DNA of 58,641 nt from Minisyncoccales bacterium. GTDB taxonomy: Bacteria; Patescibacteriota; Minisyncoccia; Minisyncoccales; JBAMLS01. The stretch is taken from contig JBAMLS010000012.1 of NCBI GenBank assembly GCA_039793445.1, positions 21,225 to 79,865 on the forward strand, in the 5' to 3' direction. A program made the position numbers and the translations under genes. The notes beneath the pieces are model-generated. The model saw nothing but the letters and a program-made list of their open reading frames with translations, was not told where the DNA came from and ran no database searches. Positions 47,287-55,923 of the stretch are shown here, in pieces (position 1 is the first letter of the stretch; each line of letters opens with the position of its first letter).

Positions 47287-48017
47287 AAATTATACTTTTT
47301 AAAAATTATATTTAATCTTATTTTTAAAATATCTAAAGCCATCTGAAAAACATGTTTTAATTTTACTTTGCTATCTAAATCATTTTTCCAAAGAACTGGA
47401 ATTTCTTTTATTTTAAATCCTTGTTTTTTTGTTAAAATTAAAATTTCTGGATCAAAAGCAAAACCATTAATTTTACAATGGGGAAAAACTTTTTCTACAA
47501 CTTCTCTTTTAAACATTTTAAAACCACATTGAGTATCTTCTATACCCCACAAATCTAAAATAACTTTTCGATAAACTTTAAAAGCAAACCCCAGGAATCT
47601 TCTTAAAAAAGGTTGAGGAGGATCTAAAATCGCTCCTCTTATATTCCTTGAAGCTATTAATACATCAAAACCTTTTTGAATTTCGGGTATAAATTTTTCA
47701 ATTTGATAAATAGGAGTTGAATTATCAGCATCAGCAAACACGCAAATTTCTCCAGAAGATTTCAAACAACCCTCTCTAACGGCAAAACCCTTTCCTAAAT
47801 TTTTTTCTAAATTTATTAATTTTAAATGGTGAATATCTTTCATTAATTCTTCTACTATTTTAGCAGTATTATCAACAGAATGACTATTTACCACAATAAT
47901 TTCAAAAGTATAACTTTGTTTATTTAAATAATTAAAAATTTCTTTTAATGTCGAAGGTAACCTTTTTTCTTCATTAAAAGCGGGTATTATAACTGAAAGA
48001 AAAGTTTTGTTTTCCAT
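47283..48017 (-). CDS. Family 2 glycosyltransferase (dolichyl/polyprenyl-phosphate glycosyltransferase-like)
   Basis: LSVIIPAFNEEKRLPSTL, ..EIIVVNSHSVDNT.. and ..FADADNSTP.. (DxD). Overlaps galT by 4 nt. Confidence 0.85.
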   Translation of the reverse strand: MENKTFLSVIIPAFNEEKRLPSTLKEIFNYLNKQSYTFEIIVVNSHSVDNTAKIVEELMKDIHHLKLINLEKNLGKGFAVREGCLKSSGEICVFADADNSTPIYQIEKFIPEIQKGFDVLIASRNIRGAILDPPQPFLRRFLGFAFKVYRKVILDLWGIEDTQCGFKMFKREVVEKVFPHCKINGFAFDPEILILTKKQGFKIKEIPVLWKNDLDSKVKLKHVFQMALDILKIRLNIIFKKYNL

Positions 48018-48059
48018 TAATTTTATTTTAATTTTAAAACCTTTTATTTTAGAATAACA

Positions 48060-48641
48060 CTATTTTTTTGAAAGAAATGGAGAATTTTTTATATAAAATC
48101 TCCAAGGAACTTTTGACCAAAATGGGCCTGAATACTCTATTCCGATTCTTAAAGCGGCTTTTATCTCTGATTTTTTAATTTTCTCTCCCCAATCTTCTAA
48201 CCAAATTTTCTTACTTTTTGTTAAATCTTCTCCATAAAAAGATTTATCTAATTTTAAATAATTACATAATTTACCTGGACCATTGGCTATTTTTAAAATA
48301 TTTTTTCTACTGTTTTTAATTTTTGGCTCTAAAGCCCTTATTAAAACGCATTCAGGTTTTCCTTCTTTAAAAGTTGAAATATTTAGTTGCCAATACATGC
48401 CATATACCAAATAAATGTAAATGTGCCCTCCAATTTTATATTCAGCCTTATTTCTTTCGGTAATTTTTCCCGAAAACGCATGAGAAGCTTTATCTTTAGG
48501 TCCTATATAAGCTTCTGTTTCTACAATTTTGCCAATAATTTTTTTATTACCTATTTTTCTTATAATATACTTTCCCAATAAATCTTTTGCCACAATTAAT
48601 GTTTTTCTTGTAAAAAAATTTCTTCCTAACCTTTTTTTCAT
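48060..48641 (-). CDS. mpg: DNA-3-methyladenine glycosylase (Mpg/AAG family)
   Basis: FF.R.TLIVAKDLLGKYIIRK......IGKIVETEAYIGP.DKASHAF.GK.T.RN and GPGKLC..L. Confidence 0.88.
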   Translation of the reverse strand: MKKRLGRNFFTRKTLIVAKDLLGKYIIRKIGNKKIIGKIVETEAYIGPKDKASHAFSGKITERNKAEYKIGGHIYIYLVYGMYWQLNISTFKEGKPECVLIRALEPKIKNSRKNILKIANGPGKLCNYLKLDKSFYGEDLTKSKKIWLEDWGEKIKKSEIKAALRIGIEYSGPFWSKVPWRFYIKNSPFLSKK

Positions 48642-48643
48642 AT

Positions 48644-49222
48644 TTATCTTTTGTATAATCCTATCAATTCTGCTTTCTCAATTATATGCCCTGCTATTAA
48701 TTTTTCTAATTCTTTTACATTACTTCCCTCTTTTAAATTTAAAATATTATCTAAAGCATATAATTTAAAATAATATCTATGTGTACCAGAAGGAGGACAA
48801 GGTCCACCATAATTTAAATTTCCAAAATCATTTTTACCACTTGTGCTTTTAGGAGGAGTTTTACCACTCTCAATTTCTTTAATATTAGGATCTATATTCC
48901 ATAATAACCAATGTATCCACCTTCCCGTTGGCGCATCGGGATCATCTACAATTAAAACTAAACTCTTTGTATTTTCGGGAATATTTTCGAAAATTAAAGT
49001 AGGATTAATATTTTCACCGTCACAAGTAAATTTAGTCGGAATATAACCTAAATTGGTAAAATTTGGGCTTGAAATTTTCATATTTTGCTGAATATTCTTA
49101 TTATTAAAATTATTTTCAACAAATCTTTTTTTATTATATTTCAAATTTTTATTAAAATAAAGAAAAAGTATAAAAATAAGAAATAAAAGTAAAATTAAAA
49201 TTATTAAAAATTTATTTTTCAT
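48644..49222 (-). CDS. PEBP / YbhB-YbcL family protein with N-terminal signal anchor
   Basis: LIVDDPDAPTGRWIHWLLWNI, GKNDFGNLNYGGPCPPSGTHRYYFKLYALD. Confidence 0.88.
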   Translation of the reverse strand: MKNKFLIILILLLFLIFILFLYFNKNLKYNKKRFVENNFNNKNIQQNMKISSPNFTNLGYIPTKFTCDGENINPTLIFENIPENTKSLVLIVDDPDAPTGRWIHWLLWNIDPNIKEIESGKTPPKSTSGKNDFGNLNYGGPCPPSGTHRYYFKLYALDNILNLKEGSNVKELEKLIAGHIIEKAELIGLYKR

Positions 49223-50075
49223 AGTTTTGAAAATCTGGAATAAATGTTTCTTTTGCTGATGCTAAATCTTGAAAAAGTATATTTTCAAAACCTAATTTTG
49301 TAGCAAAATTTAAAACTTCTTCATATTCTTCTTTGATAATTTTTCTATTAATTTCAGGATACAAACTTGCTTTCCAAAGAGGAGTATACTGAGACATTAA
49401 ACTTAACCAGACATTTTTCCCAATGTTTTCTCTAATCCATCTTAATACACCTTTTGTGTTTTCAATAGCATTTGGCAAAATTAAATGTCTTATAACTAAA
49501 CCCTTTTTCATTATACCATTTTTTATAAGAAATATTTTTTTCTGTTTTGCCATTTCCAAAATAGCTTCAGCTGCTATTTCAAAATAATTATAGCAAAAAG
49601 AATATTTTAAAGCCAATTTATTATCAGAATATTTAAAATCTGGCAAATATATATCAACTAAATTGTTTAATTCTTTTATATTTTCTTTTAATTCGTAACC
49701 ATTTGAGTTCCAAACTATTGGTAATTTAAAATTTTCTTTTTTTAATTTAAATAAGGCTTTCACTAATAAATCATAATAACAAGTTGGGGAAACTAAATTT
49801 ATATTTTCTGCGCCTATTTTTTCAAATTCATGGCAAATTTTTAAAAAATCATCTTCTGAATAAATTTTTCCTTGATTTAATTGAGATATTTCAAAATTCT
49901 GGCAAAAAACACATTTTAAATTACAATGAGAGAAAAAGATTGCTCCCGACCCATTTTTTCCAGAAATAAAAGGTTCCTCCCAAAAATGTAATTGAAAAAT
50001 ATTTATTTTAAAATTATCAGGTCTTTTACACCATCTTATTTTTTTACAACATCTGGGACAATTTTTACAAATCAT
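49212..50075 (-). CDS. Radical SAM protein, PflX-like (COG1313)
   Basis: CKNCPRCC..., HFWEEPFISGKNGSGAIFFSHCNLKCVFCQNFEISQ, NINLVSPT, PIVWNSNGYE, DIYLPDFKY and RHLILP. Confidence 0.8.
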   Translation of the reverse strand: MICKNCPRCCKKIRWCKRPDNFKINIFQLHFWEEPFISGKNGSGAIFFSHCNLKCVFCQNFEISQLNQGKIYSEDDFLKICHEFEKIGAENINLVSPTCYYDLLVKALFKLKKENFKLPIVWNSNGYELKENIKELNNLVDIYLPDFKYSDNKLALKYSFCYNYFEIAAEAILEMAKQKKIFLIKNGIMKKGLVIRHLILPNAIENTKGVLRWIRENIGKNVWLSLMSQYTPLWKASLYPEINRKIIKEEYEEVLNFATKLGFENILFQDLASAKETFIPDFQNYEK

Positions 50076-50081
50076 AAATTA

Positions 50082-52070
50082 TTACTCCAGAATAATTTCT
50101 TTGATTTTCTCAAATGTTTTTTCATTTAAAACAATAATCTTTTTTTGACTTAAAATATAAAGAAAATCATTAATAAATATTGCTCTTTTTGGATTTTCAA
50201 TTTTTTCAATTTTTTTTAAAGTGAGTTTATTATTTGCATAAGAAAATATATATCCTAAATTATTTACAGGTAAAAATAAAATTTCATATTTTGGATCACT
50301 TAAAAATGCGTGATGATTATTTAGAACCTCTGAAAACCATTCTTTTAAAATATATTTTGATAGTTCTTTGGGATCTTTAGGATTTTCAACATCAAAAAGA
50401 GAAATTTTTAGATATGGTCCTTCTTTTCCTATACCTAAGATTTTATTTTCTGAAAGTTGATGTAAATAACTTGAAAAGCCTGGAATTTTCAATTGACCTT
50501 CCAATTTTGGATTTTTAGGATCAGATAAATCAAAAATAAAAAATGGATCAATCTCTTTAAAAGTTACAACATAACCTCTGTTTCCTATAAATCTTACGGC
50601 ATAAATTTTTTCATTATTATAAAAATTTTCAATTTTTCCTGTTACTTCTAAATTATTATCTAAAATATATAAATTATTTTCTAACTCAAACGAAAACGGT
50701 AGTGGAAAAGGAGGAGGTAAATAAAAGAAATTGTTAAAATCTCCTAAGGTAGTAGCTAGCCTTAAAAAATTGTTATATTCACTAAAAGAAAATTGATTTA
50801 AGGACTTTCCAGGTACCATTCCTTTAGCTAAGATTTCAAGATTTTCCAAATTTAACTTTAATATTACAGTTTTTATTATTTCTTTTTTGTGTTCTTTATA
50901 ATAATCTAAAAATCTATTATTTATTTCATTAATAATTTTTATTTTTTCTTTTTCTTCTAGAGAATTAAGATAATTATTTAATAGAATTTCTAATTCATAA
51001 AGTTTAGAATATTCAGAAATATCATAATTTGAAACTTTAGAAATTTTTTCTAAAAATTCATTTGGAAAAAAATCAGACGCTTTTTGATTTAAAAAATCAA
51101 AAATAAAAGAAAAAATATCTTCTTTAAAAGTAAAGGTAAGAAAAAGCGCATTCTTTGACATATACAAAATAGAATTTTCAGAAGAACCAATAAAAGAATT
51201 AGTTTTTTCTATTTCTCCACTCTTTGGATCTATTTTTATTACAGTAAAAATAACATCGGTGGGTATTATTACTGAAGGGTAAAAAATTTGGTTACATTCA
51301 ATAACACCCCTTAAATCATTAGAAAATATCTTTACAGGACATGGTAAAAATATATTAATTTTTGATTTTAAAACTAAATAAATCTTATTATTAAAAAGTC
51401 TCGCTGCTAAAATTGAGTTATTTTTTTCAATTTCTTTTTCCCAACTTTTTTTGATATTATAACTATCACTAACATTATATCCAATTATTTTGTCCTCGTT
51501 TAATACAACTAAAATATCGTCTACTAATAATAATTCTCCCTCGTTTTCTAATTGTGAAACAACTTTTAAATTTTCAGGCGGAAAAGCTTCAATAACTTTT
51601 ATTTTTGCTAGAGATTGAAACTTATTATAAATTGATGGATATATTAAGTTTTCTTGATAAAAGAAAATTTCTTTACCATTTGTTTTTACTATATCTGGCT
51701 CATCAATATCTTCTTCTTGAATATTAGTTAATGAAAATCTTTCTATTTTTGGCTTTTCTGAGTTCTTGAATTGTTCATTTGATTTAATGGCTACATGTGG
51801 TGCTAAAATATTATTAAAAATAGCAATATTTTGACTATAATTTTTTTGTGATTTTTGAATATAATTTTTAAAATCATCCAAAGAACTAAAATTTCTTATT
51901 TCTCCATTAAATGATAAACCTTTTTTACTTTTTTTCATTAAAAGAAAGGGGTTAATAAATTTTATTTTCTGATTTAACTGTTTATTTTCAAAATACAAAT
52001 ATGATAAAACAACTAAAGATAGAATTAAAATAATGAATATTCCTAAATAAGTTTTTATTTTTATTTCCAT
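50082..52070 (-). CDS. Secreted/anchored beta-propeller domain protein (Beta_propel, COG4880-like)
   Basis: 662 aa. N-terminal TM helix. IDEPDIVKTNGKEIFF and GNRGYVVTFKEIDPFFIFDLSDPKNPKLEGQLKIPGFSSYLHQL match my memory of that family's motifs. Confidence 0.6.
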   Translation of the reverse strand: MEIKIKTYLGIFIILILSLVVLSYLYFENKQLNQKIKFINPFLLMKKSKKGLSFNGEIRNFSSLDDFKNYIQKSQKNYSQNIAIFNNILAPHVAIKSNEQFKNSEKPKIERFSLTNIQEEDIDEPDIVKTNGKEIFFYQENLIYPSIYNKFQSLAKIKVIEAFPPENLKVVSQLENEGELLLVDDILVVLNEDKIIGYNVSDSYNIKKSWEKEIEKNNSILAARLFNNKIYLVLKSKINIFLPCPVKIFSNDLRGVIECNQIFYPSVIIPTDVIFTVIKIDPKSGEIEKTNSFIGSSENSILYMSKNALFLTFTFKEDIFSFIFDFLNQKASDFFPNEFLEKISKVSNYDISEYSKLYELEILLNNYLNSLEEKEKIKIINEINNRFLDYYKEHKKEIIKTVILKLNLENLEILAKGMVPGKSLNQFSFSEYNNFLRLATTLGDFNNFFYLPPPFPLPFSFELENNLYILDNNLEVTGKIENFYNNEKIYAVRFIGNRGYVVTFKEIDPFFIFDLSDPKNPKLEGQLKIPGFSSYLHQLSENKILGIGKEGPYLKISLFDVENPKDPKELSKYILKEWFSEVLNNHHAFLSDPKYEILFLPVNNLGYIFSYANNKLTLKKIEKIENPKRAIFINDFLYILSQKKIIVLNEKTFEKIKEIILE

Positions 52071-52107
52071 ATTTTTTTATAATAATTACAATATCTTAAG
52101 AGTCAAC

Positions 52108-52138
52108 CAAAAACGGTTCTTTTTTAAAGAACCGTTTT
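52108..52138 (-). terminator. Perfect palindromic terminator after the RRM gene
   Basis: AAAAACGGTTCTT-TTTTA-AAGAACCGTTTTT. A/T runs on both sides make it bidirectional. Confidence 0.75.
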
Positions 52139-52155
52139 TGAGTAATATTTTTGTT

Positions 52156-52449
52156 TTATTCTTTCTTTCCTCTAAAACGATTGAATCTTTTTGGCCTTTC
52201 ACTCAAGGGCCTAGCTTCATTTACCACTATTTTTCTTCCTTCTAATTCTTGGCCATCAAACATATCAATTGCGCTTTTAGCTTCTTGTTCTGTAGCCATC
52301 TCAACAAAACCAAAACCGCGAGATCGTCCGGAAATTTTATCTATGATAATTGCTACCGATTCTACTGTTCCAGCTTGTGAAAATAAATCTTTTAAAGAAT
52401 CTTCTGTCACTCCAAAAGAAAGATTTCCAACAAATAATTTCTTATTCAT
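52156..52449 (-). CDS. RRM-type RNA-binding protein
   Basis: 97 aa. KLFVGNLSF (RNP2) and RGFGFVEM (RNP1). Confidence 0.92.
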   Translation of the reverse strand: MNKKLFVGNLSFGVTEDSLKDLFSQAGTVESVAIIIDKISGRSRGFGFVEMATEQEAKSAIDMFDGQELEGRKIVVNEARPLSERPKRFNRFRGKKE

Positions 52450-52565
52450 TAAATTTATTATTTATTAAAGTAGGGCAACCCCTCAAATTAGCTGTCACCC
52501 TTTTAGGGAATGTCTTTTTTGGGAAACCTTCCTTTTAAAAGACACGGACTAACTGAGCACCTACA
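52450..52565 (-). promoter_or_regulatory. Candidate structured 5' leader (or small RNA) upstream of the RRM gene
   Basis: This segment is much more G+C-rich than other intergenic DNA here. The RNA reads GUAGGUGCUCAGUUAGUCCGUGUCUUUUAAAAGGAAGGUUUCCCAAAAAAGACAUUCCCUAAAAGGGUGACAGCUAAUUUGAGGGGUUGCCCUAC. The closing helix is GUAGG(U)GC/GCCCUAC. Internal helices are GUCUUUU/AAAAGAC, GGAA/UUCC and CCC/GGG. Confidence 0.4.
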
Positions 52566-52571
52566 TAAAAT

Positions 52572-52599
52572 AGGATAACAGAAATAAAATAAATGTCAA
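52572..52599 (-). promoter_or_regulatory. Candidate promoter driving the RRM leader
   Basis: Minus strand has TTGACA (52599-52594), a 16-nt spacer ending in TGT, then TATCCT (52577-52572). Extended -10 type. Confidence 0.45.
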
Positions 52600-52623
52600 A
52601 TAATAAAATATAAATATTTTAAA

Positions 52624-53691
52624 TTAAGCGCTTGCTAAAATTTCAATAATATCGCCATCTTGGATAATATAATCTTTACCGACAATTTTTATTAATCCTG
52701 CTTCTTTTGCTTTTTGCATATTTTGAGCAGAAATTAAATCATTAAAATTTATAATTTTTGCTTTTACAAAATATTTTTCAAAATCGCTATGAATTATACC
52801 ACCTGCTTGAGGCGCTGTAGAACCATTTTTTATAGACCAAGCTCTTGTTTCATCTTTGCCTGTTGTAAAAAAGGTAATTAAATCTAATAATTTATAAGAT
52901 TTTTGGATTAATAAATCTAATTCAGATTTTTCTTCCAAACCAAATTCCCTTCTTTCTTCTTTTGAAAGATTGGCAAATTCAAATTCTTGCTGAATATCTA
53001 AAACTAAATAAGGTAAATTATTATTCTTAAAATATTGAATTATATTTTGACTAATTTCTTCTATTTTCCCATTTAAAATATATAATCTTGGTTTTTGAGT
53101 TAGTAATTGGTAATTCTTTAAAATTTTGTTTTCTTCTTCAGAAAAAATGACTTCGCTTAATATTTTCCCGCTTGACAATAACTCATTTATCTTTTTAATA
53201 AACTGATATTCTATTATTTTTTCTTTTTTCCCGCTTTTTGCCTCTTTTTCTAAATCATTAAGTCTTTTTTGAATAGTTTCTAAGTCTTTAAAAATTAATT
53301 CAGTATCTAATATTTCTTTTTCTTTAATTGGATTAATTTCATTTTGAGTGCTTACAATATTTTCATCTTTAAAAGCTCTTAATAAATATAAAATCGCATC
53401 ACATTCTCTGATATGAGCTAAAAATTTGTTGCCCAATCCTTCTCCTTTGTGAGCACCAGCAATTAAACCAGCAATATCAATAAATTCTACAGTTACATAA
53501 ATTTTTCTTTTTGAATTTTCTAAATTAGCCAAAATATCTACTCTTTTATCTGGTACTTCTACTACTCCAACATTTGGTTCTATAGTACAAAATGGATAAT
53601 TTTCCCGTGGAACTTGCCTTTTTGTAATGGTTTGAAATAAAGTTGATTTACCAACATTTGGCAACCCAACAATACCAATAGATAATGGCAT
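52624..53691 (-). CDS. ychF: Ribosome-binding ATPase YchF (Obg-like)
   Basis: MPLSIGIVGLPNVGKSTLF, F.TIEPN.G.V.VPD.R and a C-terminal TGS-like ..RAW.I..GSTAPQAGGIIHSDFEK.F.. I chose Met27 of the track ORF (ATG 53691). The upstream 26 codons overlap the ATP-cone gene and are not YchF-like. Confidence 0.9.
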   Translation of the reverse strand: MPLSIGIVGLPNVGKSTLFQTITKRQVPRENYPFCTIEPNVGVVEVPDKRVDILANLENSKRKIYVTVEFIDIAGLIAGAHKGEGLGNKFLAHIRECDAILYLLRAFKDENIVSTQNEINPIKEKEILDTELIFKDLETIQKRLNDLEKEAKSGKKEKIIEYQFIKKINELLSSGKILSEVIFSEEENKILKNYQLLTQKPRLYILNGKIEEISQNIIQYFKNNNLPYLVLDIQQEFEFANLSKEERREFGLEEKSELDLLIQKSYKLLDLITFFTTGKDETRAWSIKNGSTAPQAGGIIHSDFEKYFVKAKIINFNDLISAQNMQKAKEAGLIKIVGKDYIIQDGDIIEILASA

Positions 53692-53695
53692 AAAA

Positions 53696-53986
53696 TTAAT
53701 ATAAAATTCTTTTTCGACTTCTTTTTTCGTATTTTCGCCACATTTCAGAAAGTTCAGGTTCAAAAACATCTAAATATAAAAGAATTTTCTCATGAATTTC
53801 TTCAGAGGAAACTATTTTCTTTTTTGACATATACCTTGTTAGTTCAGTTGAAATCTTATCAGCAAGATCATCTAAGTGTTCTGGAGATAAATATGCCCTT
53901 CTCCCAATTCGAGAAATTGCTTTTCTTACATCAACTTTATTAAATTCTACAATTCTACCATCTTTTAAAGCAATTAAATACGGCAT
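53696..53986 (-). CDS. Stand-alone ATP-cone domain protein (paralog B)
   Basis: 96 aa. IALKDGRIVEFNKVDVRKAISRI...LSPEHLDDLADKISTEL......VSSEEIHEKILLYLD...PELSEMWRKYEK fits the ATP-cone pattern (v.KrdGr.e.F...Ki...i......s.e....l...v......v.s.eI.......L). No zinc ribbon. The stop codon is 4 nt before the ychF ATG. Confidence 0.7.
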   Translation of the reverse strand: MPYLIALKDGRIVEFNKVDVRKAISRIGRRAYLSPEHLDDLADKISTELTRYMSKKKIVSSEEIHEKILLYLDVFEPELSEMWRKYEKRSRKRILY

Positions 53987-54098
53987 AATATTTTAATTTT
54001 AGATTTTTATTTTGTAATAAAATAGAAAAAAATCAAGTTTAAAATAATTTTTCTAAGAATATTATCTAAAAAAGCAATAAATAATAATTTTTAAAAAT

Positions 54099-54671
54099 TT
54101 AGAAAATTTCTGCCTCAAAAGTATAAAAATCAAGTTTCTCTTTTTGCCAAAATTTTTCTGGCAAACCAGCTTTTAGCATTAAATTGTCTAAAAATTCTTC
54201 TAAATTCCAATTTTCTTCTTTTGCTACTTGAGGTAAAAAAACTCCAGAATAATTTTCATAAACTACCAAAACTCCATGTTTTCCCAATATTATCTTATCA
54301 ATTGAATCTATTTTTTTAAAATTAAAAATTACAGAAATTTCATATTCTAATTCTTTTAATTCTTCTTCTTTTATTGGTTCAAATCTTGGGTCTTGAGTTG
54401 CAGACGTTATTGCCATATCTTGAACTATTTTCCATAATGGTTTCCCAAAAGATAAAATTACACCAATACACCCTCTTAAATTACTATTTTTCTTTAATGT
54501 AACAAAAGCGCCAAGGGGTTGATTTAGTTTTTTATTTTTGATATTAAAATCTGGAATTTTCTTAAATTTAATAAATTCTTCTATTGTTTTTTTTGCTATT
54601 TCTTTTAGTATTCTTTTTTCTTTTTGACTTAAAAATTCTTTTTTATTTTTCATAAAACAAAATTGAAGCAT
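54099..54671 (-). CDS. AMMECR1-domain protein (AmmeMemoRadiSam system protein A-like)
   Basis: PLGAFVTLKKNSNLRGCIG (AMMECR1 core), ..ATQDPRF.P.. and ..GVLV.....SGVFLPQVA.E. The start may be Met7 (54653). Overlaps the MEMO1-like gene end. Confidence 0.85.
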   Translation of the reverse strand: MLQFCFMKNKKEFLSQKEKRILKEIAKKTIEEFIKFKKIPDFNIKNKKLNQPLGAFVTLKKNSNLRGCIGVILSFGKPLWKIVQDMAITSATQDPRFEPIKEEELKELEYEISVIFNFKKIDSIDKIILGKHGVLVVYENYSGVFLPQVAKEENWNLEEFLDNLMLKAGLPEKFWQKEKLDFYTFEAEIF

Positions 54672-55497
54672 AACCTACTACTTGTTGGCTAGCGTATTGA
54701 ACATCGCCAGAATTTGAATAATTTAATAACATTGCTTTTCCTCCTTTTGTTTTTACAACTTCTAATAAAGTTTTAACTGCATCCTCTGAGCATAAAAATG
54801 TTTGAACGTTTTCTATATTTAATTTTTCTAACTCTCTTAATTTTTTATCTAATTTTTGGGGATCACAACTTAAAATAGCATTTATTGTTTCTTTGTCATA
54901 AATTGTCGCATCTTCTTTACAAGGATAATGAGATAAATCAGACGAAGCTAAAAATAAGACATTTTTATTTTTAGTATATTCTAAAAGCGCTTTTGCTAAA
55001 TTTTGCCAATCTTTGCCCTGACTTCCAATTAAAATTGGCAAAATTTTAAAATCATTTAAAACGTATTGCAAAAAAGGAATTTGAACTTCTAAAGAATGTT
55101 CAAAAAAATGAGCAGAATCTTTATTAAAAAACCTCTTAGAATAAGATAATAACTTTGCTGCCAAATCTTCATCTATTGAAACTTGACCTAAAGGAGTTTG
55201 CCAATTTCCTTTTTGCCAAATTGATACACCATCAAAATATTCATAATGAGAATCGCCTATTAAAACAACTGTTTCAATTTTTTTTCCGATTAAAGTTTTA
55301 AAAGCGAAAACAGCAGTTTGGCCAGAGAAAATATAACCTGCATGAGGTACTAAAATACCTATTGGTTTTTTTTCTTTTTGGGGTAGTTTTACATTAGATA
55401 GAAATTGAAAAATTAATTTTTCTAATTCTTTTTTTTGCGCAGGATAAAAAGTTCCAGCAACTGCGGGAAATCTAAAATAATCTATGTTTTTTTCCAT
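54643..55497 (-). CDS. MEMO1-family protein (AmmeMemoRadiSam system protein B-like)
   Basis: PAVAGTFYPAQKKEL, GILVPHAGYIFSGQTA, IGDSH, EHSLEVQIPFLQY and ASSDLSHY. Confidence 0.88.
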   Translation of the reverse strand: MEKNIDYFRFPAVAGTFYPAQKKELEKLIFQFLSNVKLPQKEKKPIGILVPHAGYIFSGQTAVFAFKTLIGKKIETVVLIGDSHYEYFDGVSIWQKGNWQTPLGQVSIDEDLAAKLLSYSKRFFNKDSAHFFEHSLEVQIPFLQYVLNDFKILPILIGSQGKDWQNLAKALLEYTKNKNVLFLASSDLSHYPCKEDATIYDKETINAILSCDPQKLDKKLRELEKLNIENVQTFLCSEDAVKTLLEVVKTKGGKAMLLNYSNSGDVQYASQQVVGYASILFYEK

Positions 55498-55526
55498 AAT
55501 CTTAGAATCCTTATATTTTTTATATT

Positions 55527-55799
55527 TTATTTTTTGGCTTCGTATTCACGCCAAGAGGTTGCAACATCTGGCGCAATATTATCTAATTCTTCCAATATTG
55601 CATCCCTTATTTCGCTCGTAGCGACCACATCTACATTTTGAAATCTCTCAATTATTTTTTCTGAAACCTCTTCTACTATTTGGTCCTTTATTTCATCTGA
55701 TAAATCTGTTCTTTGTGCTGCTCCCCAAATTGCATCTTTAATTTTATCAGGATCAAATGGTTCTCTTTGGCCTGATTTTTTGATAACTTCTTTTGCCAT
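55527..55799 (-). CDS. Stand-alone ATP-cone domain protein (paralog A)
   Basis: 90 aa. VIKKSGQREPFDPDKIKDAIWGAAQRTDLSDEIKDQIVEEVSEKII......VATSEIRDAILEELDNIAPDVATSWREYE. Closely resembles the cone of NrdR/RNR but has no zinc ribbon or catalytic domain. Confidence 0.75.
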   Translation of the reverse strand: MAKEVIKKSGQREPFDPDKIKDAIWGAAQRTDLSDEIKDQIVEEVSEKIIERFQNVDVVATSEIRDAILEELDNIAPDVATSWREYEAKK

Positions 55800-55875
55800 A
55801 ATAAAAATTTTAAAATTTTACGACCTTTATTATATTAATTTTAACAAATTTAAAAATAAAATAAATCAACTAAAA

Positions 55876-55898
55876 AGGCTGGCTTTTTAACCCAGCTT
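55876..55898 (-). terminator. Weak terminator-like hairpin upstream of the ATP-cone operon
   Basis: Minus strand has AGCTGG-9 nt-CCAGCCT followed by TTTTTAGTT. 5-7 bp only. Confidence 0.3.
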
Positions 55899-55923
55899 CT
55901 GTTTTATGAAATTTTCTATACTA

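Noticed and set aside
49212-50075. This radical SAM gene might be the missing third member of the AmmeMemoRadiSam triad.
   Set aside because: Its motifs (CPRC..., EEPFISGKNGSGAIFFSHCNLKCVFCQN, NINLVSPT, DIYLPDFKY, RHLILP) match the PflX/COG1313 family as I remember it. They do not match the AmmeMemo-associated enzyme. It is also 4.5 kb and six genes away. It needs an HMM check, but it is not called as the partner.
52450-52565. The GC-rich element might be SRP (4.5S) RNA, 6S RNA or a tRNA-like gene.
   Set aside because: No GGAA-tetraloop plus AGCAGCC-type domain IV motif is present. There is no 6S-like central bubble architecture of adequate length, and no cloverleaf. It is kept as an unclassified structured leader.
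53692-53769. A 26-codon N-terminal extension of ychF in the ORF track that overlaps the ATP-cone B gene.
   Set aside because: YchF homologues begin at the MxxxIGIVGLPNVGKST P-loop. The ATG at 53691 gives exactly that and removes the overlap. The extension has no YchF-like sequence.
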